NCBI GenBank assembly: GCA_026419455.1
Contig: JANZZJ010000255.1
Span: 1-43,569, forward strand
Direction of reading: 5' to 3'
DNA from: Candidatus Sumerlaeaceae bacterium
GTDB taxonomy: Bacteria > Sumerlaeota > Sumerlaeia > Sumerlaeales > Sumerlaeaceae
Length of the DNA stretch: 43,569 bases
Below are positions 34,971 to 43,569 of the stretch, one piece after another. Numbering within the stretch: position 1 is the first letter of the stretch; each line of letters opens with the position of its first letter. The translations under genes were made by a program, and so were the position numbers. Under the pieces are notes generated by a model that did no database searches, was not told the origin of the DNA, and worked only from the letters and a program-made list of their open reading frames with translations.

Positions 34971-36083
34971 CTATTGTAAGATGCTCTCTAAGATTGCAAC
35001 GATACGTGCTGCCGCGTGCCCATCACCAAAGGGGCACTTCTGGGGTGGGGAGGAGTACAGCGTTTGCCTGACCCTCGCAAGGAGCTCATCGCAGGCGGAG
35101 ATAATTTTCGCCACGTCCGTTCCTGCCAGTCTCGCGCAATCCATGTCGAGAACTTCCGGGCGTTCAGTTATCTCACGAGTTATGACAATCGGTTTGCCTA
35201 GCGCTGCAGCTTCTTCTTGGATACCGCCTGAGTCGGTGACGATCAGAAGAGCACGTTGCATCAAGAAGAGGAAATCTTCGTATCCCAGCGGGGAAAGCAG
35301 ACGTACATTTGAAATATTTCCTAGGATCTTTTTAGCCGGCTCTGCTACTTGGGGATTCGGGTGCACTGGATAAATCACGAGTAATTCGGGATGACTTGCT
35401 GCAATCATTTTGATCGCTTCGAAAACGTTGGCTAGCGGGGCACCAAAATTTTCACGACGATGTTGCGTGAGGAGAAGGAAAGGAGCTTCTGCCAAATCTG
35501 CAATTTGCTGGGAGCTTGGGCGCGCTGACGGCGCAATGGCCCTTAGCGCATCGACAATAGTATTGCCTACAAGATAAATTCTCTCGTCCGGCACCCCTTC
35601 CTTGCAAAGATTTTTGCAAGCGCCCTCAGTAGGCGCAAAATGCCATGTGGCAATATGGCTAATCATGCGGCGGTTGATTTCTTCAGGAAAAGGAGCGTAA
35701 GGGTCGTTTGTACGCAGCCCAGCTTCCACGTGCGCGACCGATACTTTTGCATAGAAGGCGGTGAGAGCCCCAAGAAATGCAGTAGTGGTATCGCCTTGGA
35801 CGATGACTGCATGGGGTTGAAATTGTTGGATGACGCGTGGAAGTTTGAGCAAAAGGCGTGCGGAAAGTTTTTCGAGGGATTGATTGGGTTTCATCACGTT
35901 CAGCTCGATGTCGGGAACGATACCGAAAAGAGCAAAAACTTGCTGTAATAGGAGATCGTGCTGGCCAGTTGAACAAATGCGCCATTCCCACTTGTCCGCC
36001 GCTCGAGCGACATTCTCAATCACTGGGGCCAGTTTAATAGCCTCAGGGCGTGTTCCCATTATAAATAGTAGCCGCCTGCGCAT
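34971..36083 (-). CDS. wecB: UDP-N-acetylglucosamine 2-epimerase (non-hydrolysing type)
   Basis: The motifs LLFIMGTRPEAIKLAPV, VIVQGDTTTAF, AHVEAGLRT, LLTQHRREN and VTDSGGIQEEAAALGKP are present. Confidence 0.92.
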   Translation of the reverse strand: MRRRLLFIMGTRPEAIKLAPVIENVARAADKWEWRICSTGQHDLLLQQVFALFGIVPDIELNVMKPNQSLEKLSARLLLKLPRVIQQFQPHAVIVQGDTTTAFLGALTAFYAKVSVAHVEAGLRTNDPYAPFPEEINRRMISHIATWHFAPTEGACKNLCKEGVPDERIYLVGNTIVDALRAIAPSARPSSQQIADLAEAPFLLLTQHRRENFGAPLANVFEAIKMIAASHPELLVIYPVHPNPQVAEPAKKILGNISNVRLLSPLGYEDFLFLMQRALLIVTDSGGIQEEAAALGKPIVITREITERPEVLDMDCARLAGTDVAKIISACDELLARVRQTLYSSPPQKCPFGDGHAAARIVAILESILQ

Positions 36084-36404
36084 CTTTTCTCCTAATGAAG
36101 GACCCGTAAGAGAAACTTATTGGCAAGAAGAACCCACCATGTTAGCAATCTTAACCGCAAGACCGCGCCGTTGGTGCTGAACTAAAATATTTGGTCATCG
36201 AGTCTATTCCACAATTTGGAAGCAATGCTAGAACCATAGTGTCGAGATGACATGAAGCTGGAACCTTAACGAAGGCTTGAAGAGATTGCGAGAAGCGCCT
36301 GAAATAGCATTTAGTTTACAGGAAAAGAAACGTGAATAGCTTTCTCGAAAAGCAGACGTTGGACAGCCGTAGACGCATATATAGCCGCGGAGCTTGCTCG
36401 ATAA

Positions 36405-37832
36405 ATGACCGGCATGACTAAGACCTGCACCAGTCTAAGAGTCCCCTGGCTCCACCGACGGATATTTGGTGATTATCTTAACAAATTTATGCGCGAGGGC
36501 AAACTATTCAGGCGTTTGTTGCGGGAACTTGAGGAACATGAAAGGTGGAGTCCTGCGGAGGTCATCGAGTGGCAACAAGAACATTTGCGGGATTTGCTTA
36601 TCGAGGCTTCAGAGAATGTTCCATACTACCGCGAACTCTTTCGCGAAAAGAGGATTAATGTCCGCGTAATGAATCCGCTGGAAGTCCTGCGTGCCCTACC
36701 GTATCTCGACAAAGAAACGGTACGACGTAACCCGGAAGCCTTTAGGAATCCGAGCATACCGCGGTTGTTTTTGCGCACCGCATACACTTCGGGGACCACT
36801 GGCACTCCGCTCCGCTGTTACCGTGATCTTTTCGCCATCAACTTTGAGCACGCGATGATTTGGCGGCAATGGCGATGGTCAGGATTCGACCTTGGCAAGC
36901 GGCGCGCGACATTGCGTGGTGAGCTCATTGTGAGCACGGCGAAGAAGAATCCACCATTCTGGATCTACTCCCCCGCCGAGAATCGGCTTATCATGAGTTC
37001 CTACCACATGGCGCCCGACACATTGCCGCTCTATGTTCAGGTGCTGACTGATTTTGCTCCCGCAGCGATTGAGGCATATCCATCAGCCGTTTACCTTATG
37101 GCCATTGGTTTTCGGACAAGCGGGAAAACACCTCCGCCTATGAAGGGAATTTTCACATCGTCAGAGACGTTGACACATTCCCAACGCGAAGTGGTGGAAT
37201 CTGTATTCAACTGCCCAATTTATGATCTTTACGGGAACACAGAGCGAACAGCGGCCATTGGGCAGTGTGAGCACGGCACCTATCATGTTTTTGATGACTA
37301 TGCCATCGTCGAGTTTTTGCCACGCGGGGATGGCACTCACGAAATTGTTGGTACACCGCTATTCAATAGAGCTTTCATCCTTTTGAGGTATCGTAGTGGC
37401 GATACGGCAGAACTGGAGCCCAGAACCACGTGCGATTGTAAGCGACCATTTTCGGTAGTGAAGGAAGTACTGGGGCGACAGGAAGGGTATGTTTACACGC
37501 CGGATGGTCGAGCAATCGGGCGGTTGGATCATATATTTAAGGGCGTGAGTCATGTCGTGGAGAGTCAAATCGTCCAGGAAGACTGGGACGATGTCAGAAT
37601 CCTGATTGTGGGAGATCGTGGTTATGGCTCTGCCGACGAGAAGCTGATACTTATGCATGCTAGGGAACGACTCGGTCCCGAAATGAAGATTCGTATCGAG
37701 AGAGTTGATAGCATTCCGCGCGGGCCGCGTGGGAAATTTGTAGCAGTGGTCAGCAAAGTGAGCCACGACGAATGGCAGAAGCTCTTCGCCAACAAAGAGA
37801 GAGGCAATACTCCGTGGATAAGCTCACATTAG
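36405..37832 (+). CDS. CapK / phenylacetate-CoA-ligase-like adenylate-forming enzyme
   Basis: The ANL-superfamily motifs AYTSGTTGTPL, FTSSETL and DLYGNTE are present, with a C-terminal PRGPRGKF. The N-terminal WSPAEVIEWQQEHLRDLLIEASENVPYYRELF is typical of CapK/PaaK-like proteins. Confidence 0.75.
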   Translation: MTGMTKTCTSLRVPWLHRRIFGDYLNKFMREGKLFRRLLRELEEHERWSPAEVIEWQQEHLRDLLIEASENVPYYRELFREKRINVRVMNPLEVLRALPYLDKETVRRNPEAFRNPSIPRLFLRTAYTSGTTGTPLRCYRDLFAINFEHAMIWRQWRWSGFDLGKRRATLRGELIVSTAKKNPPFWIYSPAENRLIMSSYHMAPDTLPLYVQVLTDFAPAAIEAYPSAVYLMAIGFRTSGKTPPPMKGIFTSSETLTHSQREVVESVFNCPIYDLYGNTERTAAIGQCEHGTYHVFDDYAIVEFLPRGDGTHEIVGTPLFNRAFILLRYRSGDTAELEPRTTCDCKRPFSVVKEVLGRQEGYVYTPDGRAIGRLDHIFKGVSHVVESQIVQEDWDDVRILIVGDRGYGSADEKLILMHARERLGPEMKIRIERVDSIPRGPRGKFVAVVSKVSHDEWQKLFANKERGNTPWISSH

Positions 37833-39346
37833 GTTCGCTTTTGGACACGAAAATTTGCGCAATCGTTGAAACGACACCGTCATACCCAGCAAAGCCGCCT
37901 TTTCATCCTTCCGAGCTTTATCCAGAGTATCCCTACCGCAGCTCTTCAGCAATTGCTACCGATGGCCCAAACCACGTCTATCGAGGAATCCGTGAGCTCT
38001 TCGTATGTTTGGGATTAGATAGCGAGCGTTATGGCACGGCTCAATGGAACCCGTTAGGAACCTTTATTTTGCCCGGTGATACGGTGTTGCTCAAACCAAA
38101 CTGGGTGCGAAATTTTCACGAGTTTGGGATTGCTTGCGAAAGCTTGATCACCCATGGCTCCATCCTGCGGGCAGTGATTGATTTCGTTCAGCTAGCGTTG
38201 CAAGGAAAAGGCAGAGTCATTATTGCAGATTCACCGCAGAATGATGCCGTGTTCGACGAAATCCTTAGGCTGTCGGGAGTTCCCGAAATCACGGATTTTT
38301 ACCGGCAACATTCTTCCGTTCCCGTCGAGATTTACGACTTGCGCATCGAATACGTTCACAAGGTGGATGGCGTACTTGTTAGGCATGACAAGCTGCCAGG
38401 AGACCCTCTCGGATATGCCGCCGTCGACCTAGGCACAGATTCGCTGTTTGAACCGGTCAGTCACAAAGCTGCAAAATTTCGAGGGGCGGAGTATTCGCTT
38501 TCAGAAATGTATCAGCATCATCGTCCAGGGAAACACGAGTACCCTATTTGTCGTACGGTGCTGAGCGCGGACGTTGTGATCAATCTCCCCAAACTTAAAA
38601 CGCACAAGAAAGCAGGAGTAACGCTTTCGCTGAAGAACATGATTGGCATTAACGGCAATAAGAATTGGCTTCCCCACCACACGGAGGGAGTTCCGTCCGA
38701 AGGAGGCGACCAATTCGACTCGGATACAACAAAGAACAAGTTGGAACACAAGCTGGTGAAAACCTTTAAAGACTATTTCCCGCTGCTCGGCCCGGCAAGG
38801 CAGATCATGGCCAAGCCGATAAAAGCTCTTGGCAAGGCACTTTTTGGCGACACAAACGCAGGCCGGATTCGATCGGGCAATTGGTGGGGTAACGACACTA
38901 TCTGGCGGACGTGCTTAGACCTTAAACGTATCTTGCTTTACGCCGATAAAGAAGGGCGCATGACGGAGCAAATTCAAAGACGCTACTTGACCATTATTGA
39001 TGGAGTTATCGCTGGGGAAGGTAACGGCCCCTTAGCGCCAACCGACAAACGGTGCGGCTTGCTCATCGCATCCCATAATCCTGTTGTTGCCGACGCGGTA
39101 GCCACCCATGTAATGGGTTTTGACTGGCGGCTCGTGCCTATCATTCGAAACGCGTTTACTTCATCTTTACGTTGGCCACTTACCCATGTGAAACCGGACG
39201 AGATCCGCTGCGTTTCCAACACACCGACATGGGACGGCTGTTTCGGCGCTATCCCATGGGATCGCTTTATGTTTGAACCTCACTTTGGCTGGCTCGGGCA
39301 TATCCGGTATGGTGATCCTTTGGAAATGGCACCTGTTGCACAATGA
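37772..39346 (+). CDS. DUF362-domain protein
   Basis: DTVLLKPNWV and VVINLPKLKTHKKAGVTLSLKNMIGING are the conserved DUF362 blocks. The start is uncertain. ATG 37772 overlaps the ligase gene by 61 nt. GTG 37814, preceded by GAGAGAGG, and TTG 37841 are in-frame alternatives. Confidence 0.7.
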   Translation: MAEALRQQRERQYSVDKLTLGSLLDTKICAIVETTPSYPAKPPFHPSELYPEYPYRSSSAIATDGPNHVYRGIRELFVCLGLDSERYGTAQWNPLGTFILPGDTVLLKPNWVRNFHEFGIACESLITHGSILRAVIDFVQLALQGKGRVIIADSPQNDAVFDEILRLSGVPEITDFYRQHSSVPVEIYDLRIEYVHKVDGVLVRHDKLPGDPLGYAAVDLGTDSLFEPVSHKAAKFRGAEYSLSEMYQHHRPGKHEYPICRTVLSADVVINLPKLKTHKKAGVTLSLKNMIGINGNKNWLPHHTEGVPSEGGDQFDSDTTKNKLEHKLVKTFKDYFPLLGPARQIMAKPIKALGKALFGDTNAGRIRSGNWWGNDTIWRTCLDLKRILLYADKEGRMTEQIQRRYLTIIDGVIAGEGNGPLAPTDKRCGLLIASHNPVVADAVATHVMGFDWRLVPIIRNAFTSSLRWPLTHVKPDEIRCVSNTPTWDGCFGAIPWDRFMFEPHFGWLGHIRYGDPLEMAPVAQ

Positions 39347-41340
39347 AGCGCCTACTGTGGTACGCCTATAGACTTCGGGTGATGTCCGGTGGAGAGATCG
39401 CTTCCCGGCTCCAACAGAAATTGCGTGAGTTGTGTTTAGAACGACGCGGTCTTTCCAGGCAAATAACTGACATTAGTGTTCCCACAGAGTTTAAACTTCC
39501 GCTTAGATTCTCATCGTTTCCGGAACATCTGCGCGAGTACTTTACGCGGCAGTTTGCTCCTATCGCGCAGCGGGCTGCTGGCGCGGAGCGAAACGTCTTC
39601 TCTCTGCTGGGATTGCCGGCTCATGACTTTGGAGAACGAATTGATTGGTATAAGGACCCCGTCACAGGGCAGCGGTGGCCAGATGACGTGAGTGCCTTCC
39701 GCATCGATTACCGTCACCAGCAAAAACTTGGCGAGGTGAAGTACGTTTGGGAGTTAGGCCGAATGCCGTGGCTGCTGCCACGTGCTGTCGCTGCCTACCT
39801 CCATTGCGATGCGCGGGTTGCCCAGGGCGTTCTTGACGACATCCTCAGTTTTATCCACGAATGCCCCCCTTTTCGGGGTATTCACTGGACGAGCGGACTG
39901 GAGTTGGCTGTTCGGATCACAAATTGGACATGGGCACTGGCACTTATCCAGAACACTGTAAAAATCAGTGGCGATCAGTGGTATGCAATTTCCGAGTACA
40001 TCGCTGTTGCTGCTCACTATTGCATGCGGTTCCTAAGTCGCTTCTCGTCGGCTAACAATCATCTCATCGGCGAAGCTACCGGCTTACTGATAGCTGGAAT
40101 GTGCTGGCCAGTATTTCCGTGGCACAGGGAAGCGGCAAGGAAGGGAATAGAAATCCTCCGGAGTGAAATTCCGCGGCAAATACTTCCTGACGGATCTTCC
40201 GTCGAAATTTCACCGCAATACCTTGCGGAGGTTCTCGAGTGGAGCTTATGTTGTGCAGCAGTTTTGCGTTGTCAGGACGAGGAAATCCCCCGCGAGTGGG
40301 TCAAGCGCTGGCAAGCTTGTGCAAGATTTCTGCGGACGGTGAGCTGCGGGGACAGAATGCCGGCGCTGGCCGACAGCGATGATGCTCAAATCCTTCCGCT
40401 TGGGCTTGAGCTGACACCGACGTTGCTTGCTGGTGTCCTTGAGCGTGCAGCAGGAGTTTTGTCGCCTGCTGCGTGTACGGAAGAAGTTGAGTTCGCTTCA
40501 TGGCTTTTTCAAGTCCCCACTTTTGAGCCCAATGCTATTGCTCGCGATGCAACCACCGACGCTACTCGGGGTACCGTGTTTCTGCCCTCAGGCTTGTTCG
40601 TGGTTACGGGAGAGAATAGCAAGTTGCTTGCCGACTTTGCATCTCATGGTCTGGCGCCGCTCTACGCTCACGCCCACGCTGATGCTCTTTCCCTTACCCT
40701 CTCCACAGCAGAGGAAGACATTCTGATTGACCCGGGCACTTTCTGCTACCACGGCGAGCGCCGCTGGCGTGACTGGTTTAGGGCAACCAAAGCCCATAAT
40801 ACGGTTGAGCTCAACGATGAGAACCAATCCGAAATTCGAGGATCTTTTCTTTGGGGGCGAGTGGCGCGAACTTGGCTTGAACGGTGGACATTGGGTCAAG
40901 TCTGTGAGTGCGAAGCGAGTCATGACGGCTATGCACCGATCGTGCATCAACGACGAATTACTTACGCAGGCGGTGACCGCTACGTTGTGCGAGATGTCGT
41001 GTTCACACGAAAAACAAGGGAAAGTCGGGTAGACAAGGTTGTGATTTGGTGGCACTTCGCCCCCGGAGAGTTGGATTTAAAGGAGAACCACATCCGCTGG
41101 AGGGGCTGTAGTTTTGAGTGTCGTTTGACGTGGCAAGTTAGTAAGGCTGAATGGACTGTTGAACGCTACTTTGGAAACGAGGAGAAGCCACAAGGATGGT
41201 ACAGCCCAAGGTTTAGCGCGAGGTTCCCTTCGCCGGCGGTGGGTATTGTTCTGAAGGACGTTGCACTACCAGTGGTCTGTGAGACAGAGATTGAAATCGC
41301 GAAGCTAAGGTGTACGGAATCGAAAGAAAAGCAGACGTGA
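39343..41340 (+). CDS. Heparinase II/III-like family protein (cytoplasmic, no signal peptide)
   Basis: An ATGA overlap joins it to the upstream stop. The motifs HWTSGLELAVRITNWTWAL, SANNHLIGEATGL, HAHADALSLTL and DPGTFCYHG...TKAHNTVELND are present, as in heparinase II/III-like proteins found in polysaccharide loci. Confidence 0.75.
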   Translation: MKRLLWYAYRLRVMSGGEIASRLQQKLRELCLERRGLSRQITDISVPTEFKLPLRFSSFPEHLREYFTRQFAPIAQRAAGAERNVFSLLGLPAHDFGERIDWYKDPVTGQRWPDDVSAFRIDYRHQQKLGEVKYVWELGRMPWLLPRAVAAYLHCDARVAQGVLDDILSFIHECPPFRGIHWTSGLELAVRITNWTWALALIQNTVKISGDQWYAISEYIAVAAHYCMRFLSRFSSANNHLIGEATGLLIAGMCWPVFPWHREAARKGIEILRSEIPRQILPDGSSVEISPQYLAEVLEWSLCCAAVLRCQDEEIPREWVKRWQACARFLRTVSCGDRMPALADSDDAQILPLGLELTPTLLAGVLERAAGVLSPAACTEEVEFASWLFQVPTFEPNAIARDATTDATRGTVFLPSGLFVVTGENSKLLADFASHGLAPLYAHAHADALSLTLSTAEEDILIDPGTFCYHGERRWRDWFRATKAHNTVELNDENQSEIRGSFLWGRVARTWLERWTLGQVCECEASHDGYAPIVHQRRITYAGGDRYVVRDVVFTRKTRESRVDKVVIWWHFAPGELDLKENHIRWRGCSFECRLTWQVSKAEWTVERYFGNEEKPQGWYSPRFSARFPSPAVGIVLKDVALPVVCETEIEIAKLRCTESKEKQT

Positions 41341-41432
41341 TTGGTAAGCAATTGAGAGTTATTTGGTACTCGTTTAGCGAGGGATTGGCACTTCCAACAA
41401 TTGCCGCGAGCTAGCCTTTCGAGGATAAAATA

Positions 41433-42314
41433 ATGGCGGAAAATGTGAAAGCATTGCGGAGGCGTTTACGGAGCATTCGCAACACGAAGCAGATTACCCG
41501 GGCTATGGAAATGGTCAGCGCTGCAAAACTGCGGCGCGCCCAGGCGACCCTGTTGGCAGGACGACCGTATGCCACGAAGCTTCGCGAGCTGGTAACGCGG
41601 TTAGTTTCTACTTCGAGCGTGAACCATGCTCTCATGGAGAGACGCCCGGTGGTAAGGAAACGTTGGCTGGTTGTTTTTACCGCAGACCGGGGACTTGCAG
41701 GAGCTTTCAATGCCCAGATTCTCAAGCAAGCTGATGTGTTTCTCCAGCGCAGTGACGTTCCCACGGAGTTGATTTGTATTGGGAAAAAGGGATTCGACTA
41801 CTACCGCACAAAGCGGGCGAGTGTACGTTACAGCGTCACAGACCTCGGTGCACGTTTGTCGCGACGTCGAGTGCAGGAAATCGCGGAGTTTCTCATAGGG
41901 GCATTCTTGCAGCAAGAGACGGATGAAATTGTTTTACTTTATAATAAGTTTTTTTCGATGTTGGTTTATCGTCCCCAGATGGAAACGCTGCTTCCCCTTT
42001 CCAAAGACTCTTCCGAGGAAACGCGAGCGGTGATCACCGGTGCAGTAACTAATCGAGAGTACTTGCTGGAACCCACCGCAGAAGAACTTCTCAATGCTCT
42101 TTTGCCGCATTTTGTGAGCAGCCGGATTTACATTACACTCGCCGAGACGTTTACAGCGGAACATAGTGCGCGCATGGTAGCAATGAGCGGGGCAACACGA
42201 AATTGTGAAGAACTGACAGAGAAGCTCACTCTGAGAATGAACAAGGCTCGTCAAGCAGCGATCACGAAGGAAATCATCGAGATCGTTAGTGGTGCGGAAG
42301 CGCTAAAAGCATGA
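41433..42314 (+). CDS. atpG: F1Fo ATP synthase gamma subunit
   Basis: The N-terminus is MAENVKALRRRLRSIRNTKQITRAMEMVSAAKLRRAQ. The motif ADRGLAGAFN is present. The C-terminus is EHSARMVAMSGATRNCEELTEKLTLRMNKARQAAITKEIIEIVSGAEAL. Confidence 0.93.
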   Translation: MAENVKALRRRLRSIRNTKQITRAMEMVSAAKLRRAQATLLAGRPYATKLRELVTRLVSTSSVNHALMERRPVVRKRWLVVFTADRGLAGAFNAQILKQADVFLQRSDVPTELICIGKKGFDYYRTKRASVRYSVTDLGARLSRRRVQEIAEFLIGAFLQQETDEIVLLYNKFFSMLVYRPQMETLLPLSKDSSEETRAVITGAVTNREYLLEPTAEELLNALLPHFVSSRIYITLAETFTAEHSARMVAMSGATRNCEELTEKLTLRMNKARQAAITKEIIEIVSGAEALKA

Positions 42315-43168
42315 GCTGGGATTTGGAGGGAGAACTAGGCTGTTTCCCTGGCGAGCCGAATGACGATGCGGTGGCTCTAGCCGAAGCGCTTCGCGAATTA
42401 AATCTTGTCCGGCAAGTTCATTATTTCCGCAATATAGACTCAACATCGCGATGGCTTAGCAGCCTGGTAAGTTCAGCGAAGTCCTCGGCCACCTTAGATG
42501 GGATTCTTGCCGTTGCCGATTATCAGACTGCCGGCAAAGGACGTTTCAATCGGTCGTGGCTAGCGCCGCCAGGTAAGGCTCTGCTTTTCTCTATTAGCCT
42601 GAAAGCGCCACCGCGGTTGGTTGTGACAGATGAACTGCAGATTTCGCATTTTGTGAGTATGGCCGGACCGGTTAGCGTTGCGGAAGGCATTCGCCAGCAT
42701 GCCGGCGTACCTGCAACAATCAAGTTCCCCAACGACATTATCCTTGGGCAATCCAAGTGCGCGGGGCTTTTAGTTGAACGCTGCACAAATCGTCCCGATG
42801 TCTATCTGCTTGGTATTGGCGTGAACGTCAACCAAACCAGAGAGGAGCTCCCCCGTACAGCCCATCTGCCTGCCACCTCGCTGCTCAACGAAACCGGGCA
42901 CAAGTGGGACCGATGGGAATTGCTAGGCGACATTTTGGAAAGGCTGGAAGCGTGGTGGAAAGATGCAGACCTCGACAAGCTAAGTGGCAAAATGGATGAA
43001 CTGTGCATGACAGTTGGACGGCGAATTCAAGTCACGTTGGAATGCGGTCTCATTGAAGGCACTGCGCTGGGGATTTCTCGCGCAGGAGGCCTTCTCGTGA
43101 GAACAGACTTTGGAGTCGTCAAGGAAGTTTTCAGCGGCGACGTGCGCGAGCTTAGTGCGGAGATTTAG
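42311..43168 (+). CDS. birA: Biotin--[acetyl-CoA-carboxylase] ligase (no N-terminal HTH)
   Basis: An ATGA overlap joins it to the atpG stop. The motifs DYQTAGKGRFNRSWLAPPGKALLFSI, KFPNDIILG and KCAGLLVE are present. Confidence 0.88.
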   Translation: MSWDLEGELGCFPGEPNDDAVALAEALRELNLVRQVHYFRNIDSTSRWLSSLVSSAKSSATLDGILAVADYQTAGKGRFNRSWLAPPGKALLFSISLKAPPRLVVTDELQISHFVSMAGPVSVAEGIRQHAGVPATIKFPNDIILGQSKCAGLLVERCTNRPDVYLLGIGVNVNQTREELPRTAHLPATSLLNETGHKWDRWELLGDILERLEAWWKDADLDKLSGKMDELCMTVGRRIQVTLECGLIEGTALGISRAGGLLVRTDFGVVKEVFSGDVRELSAEI

Positions 43169-43170
43169 CA

Positions 43171-43569
43171 ATGATTGTGGCTGTGGATATTGGCAACACA
43201 AACGTTGTTGTGGGCGTCTTTGATGGCGACCGTGTTGTCGCAAGGTGGCGACTTGCTTCGGACACGCGACGTACTGCGGACGAGTATGGCGTTTTCCTCA
43301 AAGCTCTGCTGAGTCGCTGCAGCTCCGTTGAATCCTGCCCCGAAGGCATTGTCGTCGGGAGCGTGGTTCCGGTGCTTTCGGACGTGTTAGACGCAGCTTT
43401 GCGCCAGCTTTTTGCCTGTGAGCTTTTCCACGTGACACATGCTAGCCCCATGCCAGTGACCAATAGTTACGCAAAGCCGAACGAGGTGGGTGTGGACCGC
43501 TTAGCAAACGCCGTGGGTGGGACAATGCTCTATGGGAGGCCGCTGATCGTGGTCTGTCTCTTATACACA
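43171..43569 (+). CDS. coaX: Type III pantothenate kinase; N-terminal 133 codons, with the 3' end off the window
   Basis: From ATG 43171 my translation is MIVAVDIGNTNVVVGVFDGDRVVARWRLASDTRRTADEYGVFL...VDRLANAVG. The DIGNT and VDR motifs match CoaX. Placement directly after birA is a known arrangement. Confidence 0.88.
   Translation, partial: MIVAVDIGNTNVVVGVFDGDRVVARWRLASDTRRTADEYGVFLKALLSRCSSVESCPEGIVVGSVVPVLSDVLDAALRQLFACELFHVTHASPMPVTNSYAKPNEVGVDRLANAVGGTMLYGRPLIVVCLLYT

Noticed and set aside
1-43569. I looked for CRISPR arrays, tandem repeats, IS elements, prophage genes or defence systems anywhere in the window.
   Set aside because: Reading both strands, I found no spaced direct-repeat array. 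I also found no transposase, integrase or recombinase-like ORF, and no nuclease, helicase or methyltransferase gene clusters. A computational repeat scan would be needed to exclude short dispersed repeats.

Overview
This 43.6-kb chromosomal window comes from a bacterium that is probably diderm, since it carries Lol, MsbA-like and GT9 heptosyltransferase genes. I could not place the lineage by eye, and every family call below is my own reading of the translations because no searches were run. I support 34 protein-coding genes, one tRNA-Ser(UGA) and a few intrinsic-terminator-like hairpins. I found no rRNA, CRISPR array, transposase, integrase or obvious defence genes. Housekeeping genes are lolC/E (partial), hppA, proC, a yggS-like gene, ilvD, wecB, atpG, birA, coaX (partial), an OppD-type ATPase, an Amidase_3 enzyme, a two-parvulin chaperone and an EamA transporter. 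Five regions deserve a second look. (1) A 12.8-kb same-strand, translationally coupled gene string (10588-23433) runs from an ORFan through envelope-glycolipid genes into a minimal, secretin-less type II/IV-filament module. That string contains an MsbA-like exporter with a large periplasmic-loop insertion, a GT9, an ArnT/PMT-like GT-C and a DMT transporter. The filament module has two GspF-type platform genes, one with a roughly 365-aa polytopic N-terminal extension. (2) A YwlE-like low-molecular-weight phosphatase homologue has Asp in place of the P-loop nucleophile Cys. It is fused to three AT-hooks and a histone-H1-like tail, and sits next to a degenerate receiver domain. (3) A CapK-like ligase, a DUF362 protein and a heparinase II/III-like protein are translationally coupled, beside wecB and a GT4. 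(4) An ECF-type sigma factor has a roughly 100-aa charged N-terminal extension and no adjacent anti-sigma gene. (5) An atpG lies away from atpA and atpD and is coupled to birA-coaX. None of these is proven novel; each entry gives a decisive test.
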